Of a stretch of DNA of 64,000 nucleotides, positions 28,136-38,128 are shown one piece after another. The notes beneath the pieces are model-generated. The model saw only the letters and a list, made by a program, of their open reading frames with translations. It had not been told where the DNA came from and searched no databases. Where the stretch lies: the NCBI GenBank assembly GCA_965198115.1, contig OZ240241.1, positions 256,001 to 320,000 of the forward strand. The letters are read 5' to 3'. Source of the stretch: Candidatus Latescibacterota bacterium (GTDB lineage: Bacteria > Latescibacterota > UBA2968). The position numbers were made by a program, and so were the translations under genes. Each line of letters begins with the position of its first letter. Within the stretch, counting starts at the first letter, position 1.

Positions 28136-29659
28136 ATGGATATAGGTACCCAGAAGCAGCTCCTATTCGACGACAGGTTCATGGAGGCGTCGGAGGGGAT
28201 CAGCCTATGCATGAACCCGCCGTTCCAGCACCCCGAGCCTGTGCTCGTCCCCGAGCGGGTCTGGGAGCGATTGGGCGTGGGTGCCTACAACACGGTGTCC
28301 CTTGAGGCAGACGGCCGCTTTTGTATGTGGTACGAGGCGTGCTACAAAACCCGAGCTCCCGTACTGGAAGGCGCGAGACGACTGTGCTACGCCGAATCGG
28401 ATGACGGTGTGCATTGGGAGAAGCCTTCACTCGGCCTGATCAGCTTCAATGGCTCGAAGGACAATAACATTATCGCCCCGCTCTGTGAGAACCAGAGCAT
28501 CGATGGAGGTACGGTCGTGCGCGACGAGCGTGCCCCCGCTGACGAGCGTTACAAGCTGTGGGCCAAGTTTCGGCCGAGCGACGCTCAGCTGGCGGCAGGT
28601 GTGCTTCTGGGTGGGGGACTCTGGGCTTTTCATTCCAGCGACGGGCTTCGCTGGCACGAGTACGACGGACAGCCCAATCCTTTCCTTCAGTGGTGCGACA
28701 CGCAGAACGTGTGCTTCTGGGATGACCGGGTGGAGCTGTATGTCGGCTACACACGCGTACGCGAGACCCAGGTCGCTGAGGAGGCCGCGGCGGCTGACGG
28801 GGGGACCTATCGCAGCGTCGGGCGCATCACCTCACCCGACTTCCGTTCGTGGTCCGAGACGCAGATCGTGTTCGAAGCCGATGCGGACGACCTGGCCATC
28901 CCCGTCCCCTACCAGCGCGAAGGTCCGAGGCCGAACATCGACTATTACACCAGCTGCGCGTTCAAGTACGACGACGCCCAGGACGCATATTTCATGCTGC
29001 CCTCGGCCTTCTATCACTGGGGGGACGCTCATCCCCGTTTCCCGGAAATGAACGATTTCCCAGCGACCATGGACGTCCAACTCCTGACCAGCCGTGACGG
29101 CATCGAGTGGCAGCGGGCGGGGGATCGACGGCCGTTCTTGCGGCGTGGGCTGGATGGCTCCCTTTCCGGAGGCATGATTTACGCCAACCCCTGGCCGATC
29201 ACGGTGGGCGACGAACTGTGGATCTATTACTCCGGAAGAGGCTACACACACGACGAGTCGTGGCTCCTGAACACCGGTAAGACCAAATGGGACGAGCTGA
29301 AGACCCGGCAGAGCGGCATCTTTCGCGCCACGATGCGGCGTGACGGGTTCGTTTCGGCCGATGCCGGCTACGGGGGCGGGGAGTTCACCACGCCGGTACT
29401 CCAGTTCGGCGGGGACCGCCTCGAGTTGAACTGTGACGGCGGGGCCGGCGGTTGGCTCAAAGTCGAGATTCAGGACCCGGACGGTCAGCCGTTGCCGGGG
29501 TATACTCTGGCTGACGCCGTGGCTGTGGTGGGAAACTCTACGTGCAAGCCCGTGAAGTGGACGGATCGAGACGGCGTGGATGAGCTGGTTGGACAACCGG
29601 TCAGGCTGCGATTTGTGATGCGGGACGTGAAGCTCTACGCATTCCAGTTCTCACGATGA
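28136..29659 (+). CDS. Glycosidase-like beta-propeller protein with C-terminal beta-sandwich
   Basis: QLLFDD, CYAESDDGVHWEKP.LG, SSDGLRW, DTQNVCFWD, SRDGIEW, MRRDGFVS, VRLRFVMRDVKLYAFQF. Confidence 0.75.
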   Translation: MDIGTQKQLLFDDRFMEASEGISLCMNPPFQHPEPVLVPERVWERLGVGAYNTVSLEADGRFCMWYEACYKTRAPVLEGARRLCYAESDDGVHWEKPSLGLISFNGSKDNNIIAPLCENQSIDGGTVVRDERAPADERYKLWAKFRPSDAQLAAGVLLGGGLWAFHSSDGLRWHEYDGQPNPFLQWCDTQNVCFWDDRVELYVGYTRVRETQVAEEAAAADGGTYRSVGRITSPDFRSWSETQIVFEADADDLAIPVPYQREGPRPNIDYYTSCAFKYDDAQDAYFMLPSAFYHWGDAHPRFPEMNDFPATMDVQLLTSRDGIEWQRAGDRRPFLRRGLDGSLSGGMIYANPWPITVGDELWIYYSGRGYTHDESWLLNTGKTKWDELKTRQSGIFRATMRRDGFVSADAGYGGGEFTTPVLQFGGDRLELNCDGGAGGWLKVEIQDPDGQPLPGYTLADAVAVVGNSTCKPVKWTDRDGVDELVGQPVRLRFVMRDVKLYAFQFSR

Positions 29660-30901
29660 GTAGAACCAGTCCGTCGAGACGACCCGGACCTTGTTTCCTC
29701 GATCGTAGGGTGCCAGCCCGAACTCCTCCATCAGCGCGTCGAAGTCCATCCCGTAGGTGTCGGTTATGACCGCCTTGTCGCCCCAGACGAGCATGCTGTA
29801 GGTGATGACCGCCTTGTCGCCGATGAAGGTGATGGTCGGTTCGTTGTAGCGAAGGGGAGCCGGCGCCCGGTGGTAGCGCTTGCGATCCACCGGCTGCCGA
29901 TAGCCCCCGTCGAGGCCGACCTCGATGACGTCCGGCTCGACGTGCGCCGTGTCGTCCAGTGATTCGAGATTCTTGTGGTGCTCCCAGGTCTCACCTTCAT
30001 CTCGGCTGATCGCGCACGTAAGGCGGTGCCGGTAGAGCCCGATCATGTACTCCCAGCGGGACGTCTGGTTCCAGACGACCAGGAGGTCGCCGGTGCCGGG
30101 TATTCTCCTGACGTTCGTGGGCGATGGAACCAGCGTGAGGCCGGTCGACTGGGGCTCCATCCAGGTTTCGCCGGCGTCGTCCGAGTAAGACTTGAACACC
30201 TGACCCAGGTAGGTCCGGCCAAGCATGAGTATGCGCCCATCGGTCAGCTCGATGACCGACGGCTCCTCGAAGGAGTGGTTCCCGGCCGAGCCGCTATCGA
30301 GCGTGACGAAGGTCTCGTTCCGGCTCCGGGTCCAGGTCCGGCCCTCGTCATCCGAGTAGTAGACGTAGCTATATCTGAGGTGACACGCGATGTTGGCGCC
30401 AAAGTAGTCCTCGCCGAAGCGCTTGAGACGCTTTGGCTTGGGCGACAGGGGTGTCGGAGCGATGTGCGAGTGGGCGGGGACCAGGATCCGACCGCTCTTC
30501 AGGACGATGCAGACGTCGTGAGCCGCAAAGGCGGTCGTGCCCGACGGATTGATCTGGACGCCCTCCGACCATGTCTTTCCCTCGTCTCTTGAGCGGTGGA
30601 ACGTCTGCTGGCCGCTCGAGATCATCTGGACCAGGCCCAGGTCCCCGCTCGGAAGCCTGAGCAGGTGCGTGCCGAAGAGACAGGGCATGGTCTCGCCGCC
30701 CTGGAGCAGGAGCGGCTCAGGATCGCTCCAGGTCTGGCCCTGGTCGTCCGAGTAGTTGGCGTGGACGCGATCTTCGGGCCGTCCACGTCCCTCCCCCCAG
30801 ACCCACACGAGCCGTCCGTCGTTCAAGGGAACTACGCTGCCGTAGGAGGGGCTGAGCGGGATCTTGTCGTGGTGGATTACGGTGTTGACGAACTCGGTCA
30901 C
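29651..30901 (-). CDS. Sialidase/BNR (Asp-box) repeat protein
   Basis: Five S.D.G.TW Asp boxes, FEEPSVIELTDGRIL. Confidence 0.85.
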   Translation of the reverse strand: MTEFVNTVIHHDKIPLSPSYGSVVPLNDGRLVWVWGEGRGRPEDRVHANYSDDQGQTWSDPEPLLLQGGETMPCLFGTHLLRLPSGDLGLVQMISSGQQTFHRSRDEGKTWSEGVQINPSGTTAFAAHDVCIVLKSGRILVPAHSHIAPTPLSPKPKRLKRFGEDYFGANIACHLRYSYVYYSDDEGRTWTRSRNETFVTLDSGSAGNHSFEEPSVIELTDGRILMLGRTYLGQVFKSYSDDAGETWMEPQSTGLTLVPSPTNVRRIPGTGDLLVVWNQTSRWEYMIGLYRHRLTCAISRDEGETWEHHKNLESLDDTAHVEPDVIEVGLDGGYRQPVDRKRYHRAPAPLRYNEPTITFIGDKAVITYSMLVWGDKAVITDTYGMDFDALMEEFGLAPYDRGNKVRVVSTDWFYSS

Positions 30902-30964
30902 TTGCGGAGAACCATCCCCTCTTCGGTACCGATAAAAGCTGCAGGATCTTTGTCTGACTTACCG

Positions 30965-31090
30965 CGATTCTCCACGAGGTTGACAGAGAGGTTCAGGGCC
31001 CTGAGTTTCGGCAGACCCGAAAGGGGAGAGATATCTCTGACCTGGGTTATTGCTGACATCGAACTCCTCCAGTTCCAGACTAATCTCTGA
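30965..31090 (-). pseudogene. Leucine-rich-repeat (internalin-like) gene fragment
   Basis: QVRDISPLSGLPKLRALNLSVNLV matches the LRR consensus; no intact gene around it. Confidence 0.55.
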
Positions 31091-31110
31091 CTCGTATTTC
31101 TGTATGAGCG

Positions 31111-31149
31111 GTCTACCTCATCGTGGATAATGGCTCCTCGCACCGAGGG
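31111..31149 (+). other. Isolated 39-bp exact copy of internal IS630 transposase sequence
   Basis: GTCTACCTCATCGTGGATAATGGCTCCTCGCACCGAGGG is the reverse complement of 45607-45645. Confidence 0.9.
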
Positions 31150-31282
31150 TATAGGTGCTCGATTCCTCAGACCGCGCTTGCTCAGACAGGGGCCCCCGTA
31201 TATTCTTCCGGTCCACACAAGGATGTGGGCGGCCAAGGATGCCCAGACTGATTCAGGACCAACTTTATCTACAGGTTCCCAC

Positions 31283-32083
31283 ATGAATTCGAAATGCAGA
31301 CGCTTTGAAGGAAAGATCGCGCTGGTGACCGGCGCCGCCAACGGGTTTGGAAGAGCGACCGTGCACAGACTGGTCGACGAGGGACTGGACACAGTCTTCA
31401 TCGTTGACCGCGAAGTCGACGGCGCGCAGAAAGAATTGGAGAAAGTCGAGGCCGCGGGAGGAAAGGGCTACGTCGTCGAAACCGATGTCTCGAGTATCGA
31501 ATCTGTCGAAGCGATGGGACAGGAAGTCGCCTCCAGGACCGACCGCCTGGACGTGCTCGTCAATTGCGCGGGAATCGGCGGAGGCGGACTGGGGCAAGTT
31601 GAAGCAGATTTCTTGTCATCCTGGGACAACGTGATGAACGTCAACCTGCGCGGAACCCTGATCGTCATCCAAGCGCTGCTCCCGCTGATCAAGGTCAACG
31701 GGGGCGCGATCATCAACATCTCGTCCGACGGCGGCCACCGGGGAAGAACGGGTGCGCTCGTTTACGACGCGAGCAAAGCGGCGGTTGCCAAGACCAGCCG
31801 AAACATGGCCTGTGACCTCGTCCGGTACGGAATCCGCGTCAACGATGTGGCTCCGGGGTGGGCGGCCACGGAGTTCCATTTCGGAGACGCCCCGGATCCT
31901 GAGGCAAAGCGCAAAGAGCTGGAAGAGATGGAAGTTGACACGAACCCCATGAAGCGTCTTGCCCTGCCGCACGAAATCGCCGCCGGCATCGCCTACCTGG
32001 TCAGCGACGATGCCTCCTTCGTGACCGGGTCCACCTTGTTCATCGACGGCGGACGCGTCGGAAACGACCCGCCTAAGTGGTAA
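31283..32083 (+). CDS. SDR-family oxidoreductase
   Basis: LVTGAANGFG, LVNCAG, INISS, YDASK, IRVNDVAPG, FVTGSTLFIDGG. Confidence 0.95.
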   Translation: MNSKCRRFEGKIALVTGAANGFGRATVHRLVDEGLDTVFIVDREVDGAQKELEKVEAAGGKGYVVETDVSSIESVEAMGQEVASRTDRLDVLVNCAGIGGGGLGQVEADFLSSWDNVMNVNLRGTLIVIQALLPLIKVNGGAIINISSDGGHRGRTGALVYDASKAAVAKTSRNMACDLVRYGIRVNDVAPGWAATEFHFGDAPDPEAKRKELEEMEVDTNPMKRLALPHEIAAGIAYLVSDDASFVTGSTLFIDGGRVGNDPPKW

Positions 32084-32098
32084 ACCTTAAAACCTTCA

Positions 32099-32116
32099 AC
32101 CACGAAGACACGAAGG
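32099..32116. repeat. 9-bp periodic intergenic repeat (ACCACGAAGACACGAAGG)
   Basis: Same motif family at 48945, 52294, 56780, 57821 and 61289. Confidence 0.6.
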
Positions 32117-32233
32117 AAAACCAGGGGGGAAGACCTGTCGGCTTCGAAGGCCTCACCTCGCCTAGGGTGAACCTGACGTGACCGTCCTTGTCCAGGTATG
32201 GTTAATTCCCCCCGTAGCGACGACGCGCCTCCA

Positions 32234-33044
32234 TCACGTCAGCAGATCCAGCACCTGCCCCGGCAGCCGATTCGCCTGCGAGAATGACGAGAGGCTTGCT
32301 TGCGTCAGCGTTCGTGCACGGGCGAGAGAGGCCGCTTCACCCGCGATATCCGCATCGCGAATCGTGGACTCGGAAGCGATGAGGTTTTCCCTCGCCGTCT
32401 CTGAGGCGCGAATGGACGAACGCAGCCGATTTTCGATCGCGCCTATCTGTCCCCGTGCGGCCGTGACCGACGCAATCGCCTGCTCGATCGACCCAGTCGC
32501 ACGTGCGGCATCGGGTGCGGTGCTCACCGATGCCGTGTCCAGCCCCAGCGTCGATGTCGACGCATCGGGAACCGATATCTCCAGGCGGTCGGCCTCTCCG
32601 GATCCGCCGCCCGCCTGGATCGTCGCCACCGGCCCCTCCGGGAACGCGGAGGTGGTGGACGCGGCCTGACGATTGACCTCGGCGGACAGCTGGTTGAACT
32701 CCGCTTGAATGGCCCGTCGATTCGAATCGCTCAGCGTCGAATTCGACGCCTGCGCGGCCAACTCCCTCATCCGAACCAGGATCCCGCTTGTCTGGTTCAG
32801 GGCGCCTTCGGCCGTCCGCAGGCTGGTTCACAGCCAGTTCGGCGTTCCGCACACCCTGGCTGGTTCCCGAGATCTGCGCTCGCAAGCCTTCACTGACGGC
32901 CAGGGCCGCAGCATCGTCTGCCGCGCGGTTGACCCGAAGGCTGGAGGAGAGCCTCTCGAGCCTGCTCCGCAGGTCTGCGGAATTCACGCGCAGAAGGCGC
33001 TGCGCTGTTTGGGCGGCCGTGTTGGTGTTCACTCGAGTCGGCAT
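32234..33044 (-). pseudogene. fliC: Minimal flagellin (about 270 aa), +1 frameshift near 32825
   Basis: RVNTN.AA..AQR, ERLSSSLRVNRAADDAA, TAEGAL..LVRMRELAAQASN, RGQIGAIENRL, ESTIRDADIA, QAN..P..VL.LL. Confidence 0.9.
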
Positions 33045-34815
33045 TTGGTTTCCCGCTGGTTCTGAGAAAAATACCGACTATGTACGAGAACGCCAACCAG
33101 GTTGGCCTCGCTCCGGAGGGCTGCGCAGGGCCGTTCGGGGCTATCCTTCGAACTCAGCGGGTATTCGAATCGAAAACGTGCTCCCTTCGCCAATGATCGA
33201 TTCAACCTCGACCGATCCGCCAAGGAGCTCGGCGAATCGTCTTGTTATTGAAAGCCCCAGTCCTGTCCCGTGCAGGGCCTCGCCTTCCGATTGCCCTTTC
33301 ACCTGGCGGTATTCGTCGAAGATCGTCGACAGTTCGTCCTCAGGAATGCCCTTGCCGGTATCCGACACCGAAAGCGCAAGCTGCCCATCTGCCTGACTGG
33401 CCTTCACCACCACACTTCCTGTGTGGGTGAACTTTATGGCGTTGCTGGTCAGGTTGATGAGCATCTGTCTGAGCCTTGCTTCATCCGTTTGCGCTTCGCC
33501 CACGCCATCCGCGACCTCAAACCGCAAGTCGACGCTTTCCTGAACCAGCGGACTCACCGTCGACACGCACGATTCCACCAGCTCCGAGACGTCGAATGAA
33601 GAGACATTCACATCCATTCGGCCGGCTTCGATCTTGGAGAGATCCAGCAGGTCGTTGATCATCGCGAGAAGATGGTCGGAGGCGTGCGTCACCTTGACCA
33701 GGTTTGCTTTTTGCCTGTCTGGCAGCACATCACCAGATCGGCGGAGGACCAAGTTCGTGAAGCCCCGGATGGCATTCATCGGGGTGCGCAGCTCGTGGGA
33801 CATCGAAGCCAGGAAGGCCGATTTGCGCTCGGTCTGCTGCTGAATCTCCCGATTGGCTGCAAAGAGGTCTCGATTCGCTGAGGAGAGAGCGTCGTTCGTT
33901 TCTTGGAGTCGACGACCTCGTCGCACGACACGCGTTGTCTGCCAGGCGATCAGCACGATCGAAACGCCCAGCGCGCCCATCCACCCAAATCGTTCATAGG
34001 GGAGCGCCACGGTCAACAAAAAAGTCGCCGGTAGCTCCGAATACACGAGATCGCGGTCCACTGCGTGGACTTCGAACGTATAGATCCCTCGCGGCAGGTT
34101 CTCGTATTCAACGCGTCTCTCACGCGTGGCCAGCCAATCGCTGTCATAGCCCTTCAGCCGATAGCGGTAGACGATCCCGTATGGACGGGTCTTGAAGCTC
34201 ATCCCTTGAAACTCGAACGTTACCAAGGTCACGTCCGTGGACACCGTCAGCTCGCGGACCTCTTCGTATCGCCGGTCGGCCACGACGCTCTCGATGGCCA
34301 CCGCGGGAGGAAGGGGCTCCGGGGGGTCGAAACGGGTGATGCCTCCCAGGGTGCCGAACCAGAAGACCCCGTCAGTATCCTGCAGGATCGTAGTGACGGC
34401 ATTCCCGGAGAGCCCATCCGCCACCGTCAGCCTCTGGAACGTCTTTCCATCATACCGGTAGATCCCGGCTCCTTCGGTGCCGAACCAGAGGTGGCCGTCC
34501 CGGTCTTCGAACATGGAAATGACCTGGCTGTCCTCCAGTCCATCCGAATCGGGGTAATTGGTGAACGCGCTTCCGTCCCACCGGCTCACCCCCTTGGTGG
34601 TGCCGAACCACACGTCTCCCGACTGGTCCTGCAAAATGAACCAGACCCGGTCGTTTGCCAGGCCGTCCTTTGGCATATATCTGGTGAACTGCTGTCCGTC
34701 ATAACGGGTCGTACCGGAGTTCCAGTTCCCGAACCATAGGATTCCATCCCGGTCCTGGAAGACGACGTTACAGGAGGGGTGACCGAGATCTGCCGAACTG
34801 ATGTTGGTAAATGTA

Positions 34816-34863
34816 GCCTGCCCTGCCTGCCCTGAGTCTGCCGAACGGGAGCCTGCCGAAGGG
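34816..34863 (-). repeat. Nested REP-like palindromes inside the kinase CDS (24 bp within 24 bp)
   Basis: Minus strand CCCTTCGGCAGGCTC[CCGTTCGGCAGACTCAGGGCAGGC]AGGGCAGGC, encoding PSAGSRSADSGQAGQA. Confidence 0.75.
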
Positions 34864-35394
34864 TCGTAACGGACCACGCCTCCGAAGTTTTGAACGAACC
34901 ACAGCTTTCCCGACCGGTCCTCAAGTGCCTGAGCAACGTACCGCGCCTCGGACGTCATCAACATGTCTTCTTTGTCAAACGTCGTGAACGTCCCCGCCCC
35001 AGTCCTGCGCTGCCCGTCAACCGGGAGATCAAGCAGGCTGATTCCGCCCTGGGCCGAAAACCAGAGCCTGCCGGACGAATCCTGTATCATCCCGAAAACA
35101 TTATTGCTGATCAGCCCGTCTTCCGTTCTGTAGGCCGTCCATTCCTTCCCGTCATGCCGAAGGACGCCCTGGTTGAAAACGCTGAACCAAAGGTTGCCAT
35201 CCCGATCCATGAGGCCAGACTGGACCTGATTCCCCGGCAGGCCGTCCTGGGTCGTCAGGGTGGTCATCACTCGACCGGTGTAGCGGCTCACACCGGCCTG
35301 CGTTCCGAACCACATCTGACCGGAACGATCCTGAAAGATTGACGCTACGCGGTTATCGGGCAGGCCATCTTCCTCGGTCAGTGAGGTCCAGGCA

Positions 35395-35448
35395 GCCTGT
35401 CCTGCCTTGCCAGCCGTAGCTTCGCGAAGGCTGGAGCCTGCCGAGGGA
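35395..35448 (-). repeat. Nested REP-like palindromes inside the kinase CDS (30 bp within 24 bp)
   Basis: Minus strand TCCCTCGGCAGGCTC[CAGCCTTCGCGAAGCTACGGCTGGCAAGGC]AGGACAGGC, encoding PSAGSSLREATAGKAGQA. Confidence 0.75.
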
Positions 35449-35931
35449 TCGTACCGGCTGACGCCTCCTTCGGTACCGAACCACATCACGCCGTCACGGT
35501 CCTCACGGATGGATGTCACGACGTTGTCGACCAACCCGTCCTCAGTCGTAAACCGCGTGAAATGCTGCCCGTCAAACCGATACACTCCACTTCCGCGGGT
35601 GCTGAACCAGAGGTCGCCCGAGCGGTCCTGCACGATGGACCTCACGCCCCTCCCGACAAACCCGTCTTCAGCCGAAATCGCGGTCCAGGTCTTGCCGTCG
35701 TAGCGGGCCACACCTCGCGAATGCCCGAACCACATCTGACCCGACCGGTCCTGTAAGATCGATCTCGGCCACCTCATGTCAGCCTCTTCCGAGTTCACCA
35801 GGGTCCACTTCTCGCCGTCAAATCGCTGTAAGTCGATTGCGGATTGGCACCAGAAGATGCCTGACCGGTCCTGATAAATCAGCTGCGAGGTATTGCTGGT
35901 CAGGCCGTCCGCAACGGTATGGGTGGTCCAG

Positions 35932-35955
35932 GCCTGTCCAGGACTCGCCGACGGA
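35932..35955 (-). repeat. Degenerate 24-bp REP-like unit inside the kinase CDS
   Basis: Minus strand TCCGTCGGCGAGTCCTGGACAGGC, encoding PSASPGQA. Confidence 0.6.
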
Positions 35956-36787
35956 TCAAAGCGGCTTATGCCGCCGCCATCGGTGCCGAACCACATGTTG
36001 CCGTCCCGGTCCTGGATGATCGAGCGTATATCGTGGTGGCCCAAAACGTCCTTGTCTGTATACGACGTGAACTCGCGGCCGTCGTATCGGCACAGCCCGA
36101 AAAGCCCGCCGAACCAGAGGTAGCCGTCCCGATCCTGGTAAATGGCGACCGTCGTACCGCTGGTCAGGCCGTCCGTTGCGTCGAAGGTGGTTCACAGTCC
36201 CATTCCCTTCCCGACAGGCACCGTCTTCCCCGATCCTGCTGGCATTGTCGTGCCCGCTCCGGCAGGTCCGCTATACACCTCCAGATTGATCAATCGCCGC
36301 TGGAACTGGAACTCTTCCGGCAACTCTCGCACTACTGTCGACCATTCAGGATCATCCCTGAGCGCCGCCCGCGTCACCGTGGGGTCGAAATCATCGCTGA
36401 CCTCGAAGAGCCGGCTGAAAACGCCCCTCGACGATGGGGCGACCCGTTCTGCAGGTCGTCCCAGACCGTGTCGCTTCAGAATCGGAACAACACGCTTCTC
36501 ATACGCTGCTTCGAACTTGGCCATCCGGTCAGGTTCCACATACCGTGCGGAGAACCGCGCAACAGTAGGGACCGTCGCCACGCAGTCGGACATCGATTGA
36601 ACGCACAGAAGACAGACCACTCCGGAAAATCTCGAGAGCATTCTTGCTGATGCACGCATTTCCTAGCCCCAAACTGAACAGGACACCGAACGGCAACATA
36701 TGCCCTGAGTCAGATCTCAGGGAAATCCCCATTTCCGCACCTGAAGCTGCTACCTGTCGCGTAATAGATGTTCGCTATGGAATGAAG

Positions 36788-37150
36788 TCAAGGGGATCGG
36801 CCAGGGACGGTCAGCGATCGAGTTCCCAGAATGCGGTCTCGACTGCTCGCTGCGCCTTGGTGGGCAAGGGTGGGACGTGGATGCTTCGGCGTCCACACGT
36901 GGAGATCGCTCTCCGGCAGGATGTGCACGAAGGACTCGTCGACTGGCCGGGCGTCGCCGTGCACAGCCGACAGATCCAGATTCAGATGTTTCGCGAAGAA
37001 TGTGTAGGCTTCCGACTCGTTTCGAGTAACCGTAGTCGTGATTCTCTTCGGGAAGATGGAGATTCTCGACATTCTCCTCGGCACCGAGCCGGCGATATAC
37101 GCCTAGCACGTAGGGGAACTCGACTTCCGGGGTGTTGCACGACTGGTCTT
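36788..37150 (-). pseudogene. C-terminal fragment of an alpha/beta-hydrolase (acetylxylan-esterase-like)
   Basis: TPEVEFPY..VYRRLGAEENVENLHLPEENHDYGYSKR, then AYTFFAKHLNLD in a shifted frame. Confidence 0.55.
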
Positions 37151-37235
37151 TGCGGCGGGCGTTCGCGGACACGGGGCACCGTTCGTTGGGGTCTTCACGG
37201 GATCCCGGCTCACGCAAGGTCCGCCAGGTGATGGA

Positions 37236-37824
37236 GATGGAGGTACGGTCCTGCGCGACGAGCGTGCTTCCGCTGACGGGCGTTACAAGCCGTGGGCCAA
37301 GTTTCGCCCTAGCGACACCCAGCTGGCAGCGGGTGTGTGGACTCTGGGCTATGTATTCCAGCGACGGGATCCGTTGGCAGGAGTACAGCGGCCAGCCCAA
37401 TCCTTTCGATCAGTGGTGTGACACGCAGAACGTGTTCTTCTGGGATGACCGGCTGGAGCAGTATGTCGGCTACACGCGTGTCCGCGAGACCCAAGTCGCT
37501 GAGGAGGCCGCCGCGGCTGGCGGAGGGACCTATCGCAGTATCGGGCGTATCACCTCACACGACTTCCGTTCGTGGTCCAAGACGCAGATCGTCCTCGAAG
37601 CTGATGCTGATGACCTGGCCATCCCCGTCCCCTACCAGCGCGAAGGCCCGAGGCTGAGCCGTTGCCTGGGTACGGTCTGGCTGACGCCGTGGCTGTGGTG
37701 GGAAACGCTACGTGCAAGCCCGTGAAGTGGAGGAATCGAGACACCGTGGATGAGCTGATAGGACAGCCGGTCAGGCTGCGATTTGTGATGCGCGATATGA
37801 AGCTCTACGCGTTCCAGTTCTCAC
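37236..37824 (+). pseudogene. Truncated, internally deleted copy of 28136-29659
   Basis: Matches about 28502-28930, then jumps to about 29485-29653; frameshifts present. Confidence 0.9.
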
Positions 37825-37901
37825 TAATCGAGGCATAAGCCGAGCAGGGACTCACTAGTGGCCTGTCACACAAGTCGCACTGTACAATGACAAGGAGCAG
37901 G

Positions 37902-38001
37902 GTCACTTCGAGCACCTCGACTTCGCTCGGCACAGGCTCCGTCGAGAAGTCCCTGTTCGCTCATCCCAATGGGCGTGTTCTCGACTCGCGCTCGAACTGA
38001 C
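37902..38001. repeat. REP doublet with a nested REP
   Basis: GTCACTTCGAGC[..CCTCGACTTCGCTCGGCACAGGC..]GTCGAGAAGTC and inverted partner TTCTCGACTCGCGCTCGAACTGAC. Confidence 0.65.
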
Positions 38002-38128
38002 GCCGCGAGGAACGATGCCAAAACCTTTGTTATAGCTCACCAGTCAATCGTTTTCAGCGGGTTGGTGGATAGGGTGGCTGGATGTACTGAGGCCACGGTG
38101 TTAAGCGCAGGTGGGACGAAAGGCACGC

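Larger units (their letters stand above)
33141..36659 (-). pseudogene. Sensor histidine kinase with Reg_prop beta-propeller repeats, Y_Y_Y, TM, HisKA and HATPase; in-frame TGA at 36192-36194
   Basis: Repeated QDR.G.MWFGT.GG..RYDG..DGL units; YRYRLKGYD; FLASMSHELRTPMN; NAIKFT, DTGKGI, GTGLGL; ORFs 36192-36659 and 33141-36044 share one frame. Confidence 0.92.

Noticed and set aside
14008-36194. In-frame TGA codons (14008, 36192) as evidence of stop-codon reassignment or selenocysteine
   Set aside because: Many intact genes here end in TGA and use TGG for Trp. Neither position is a redox Cys site. Point mutation or sequencing error is simpler.
28136-37824. Diversity-generating retroelement template/variable repeat pair (28136 gene and its 37236 copy)
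   Set aside because: The differences are not adenine-specific, the copy is long and deleted, and no reverse transcriptase is present.
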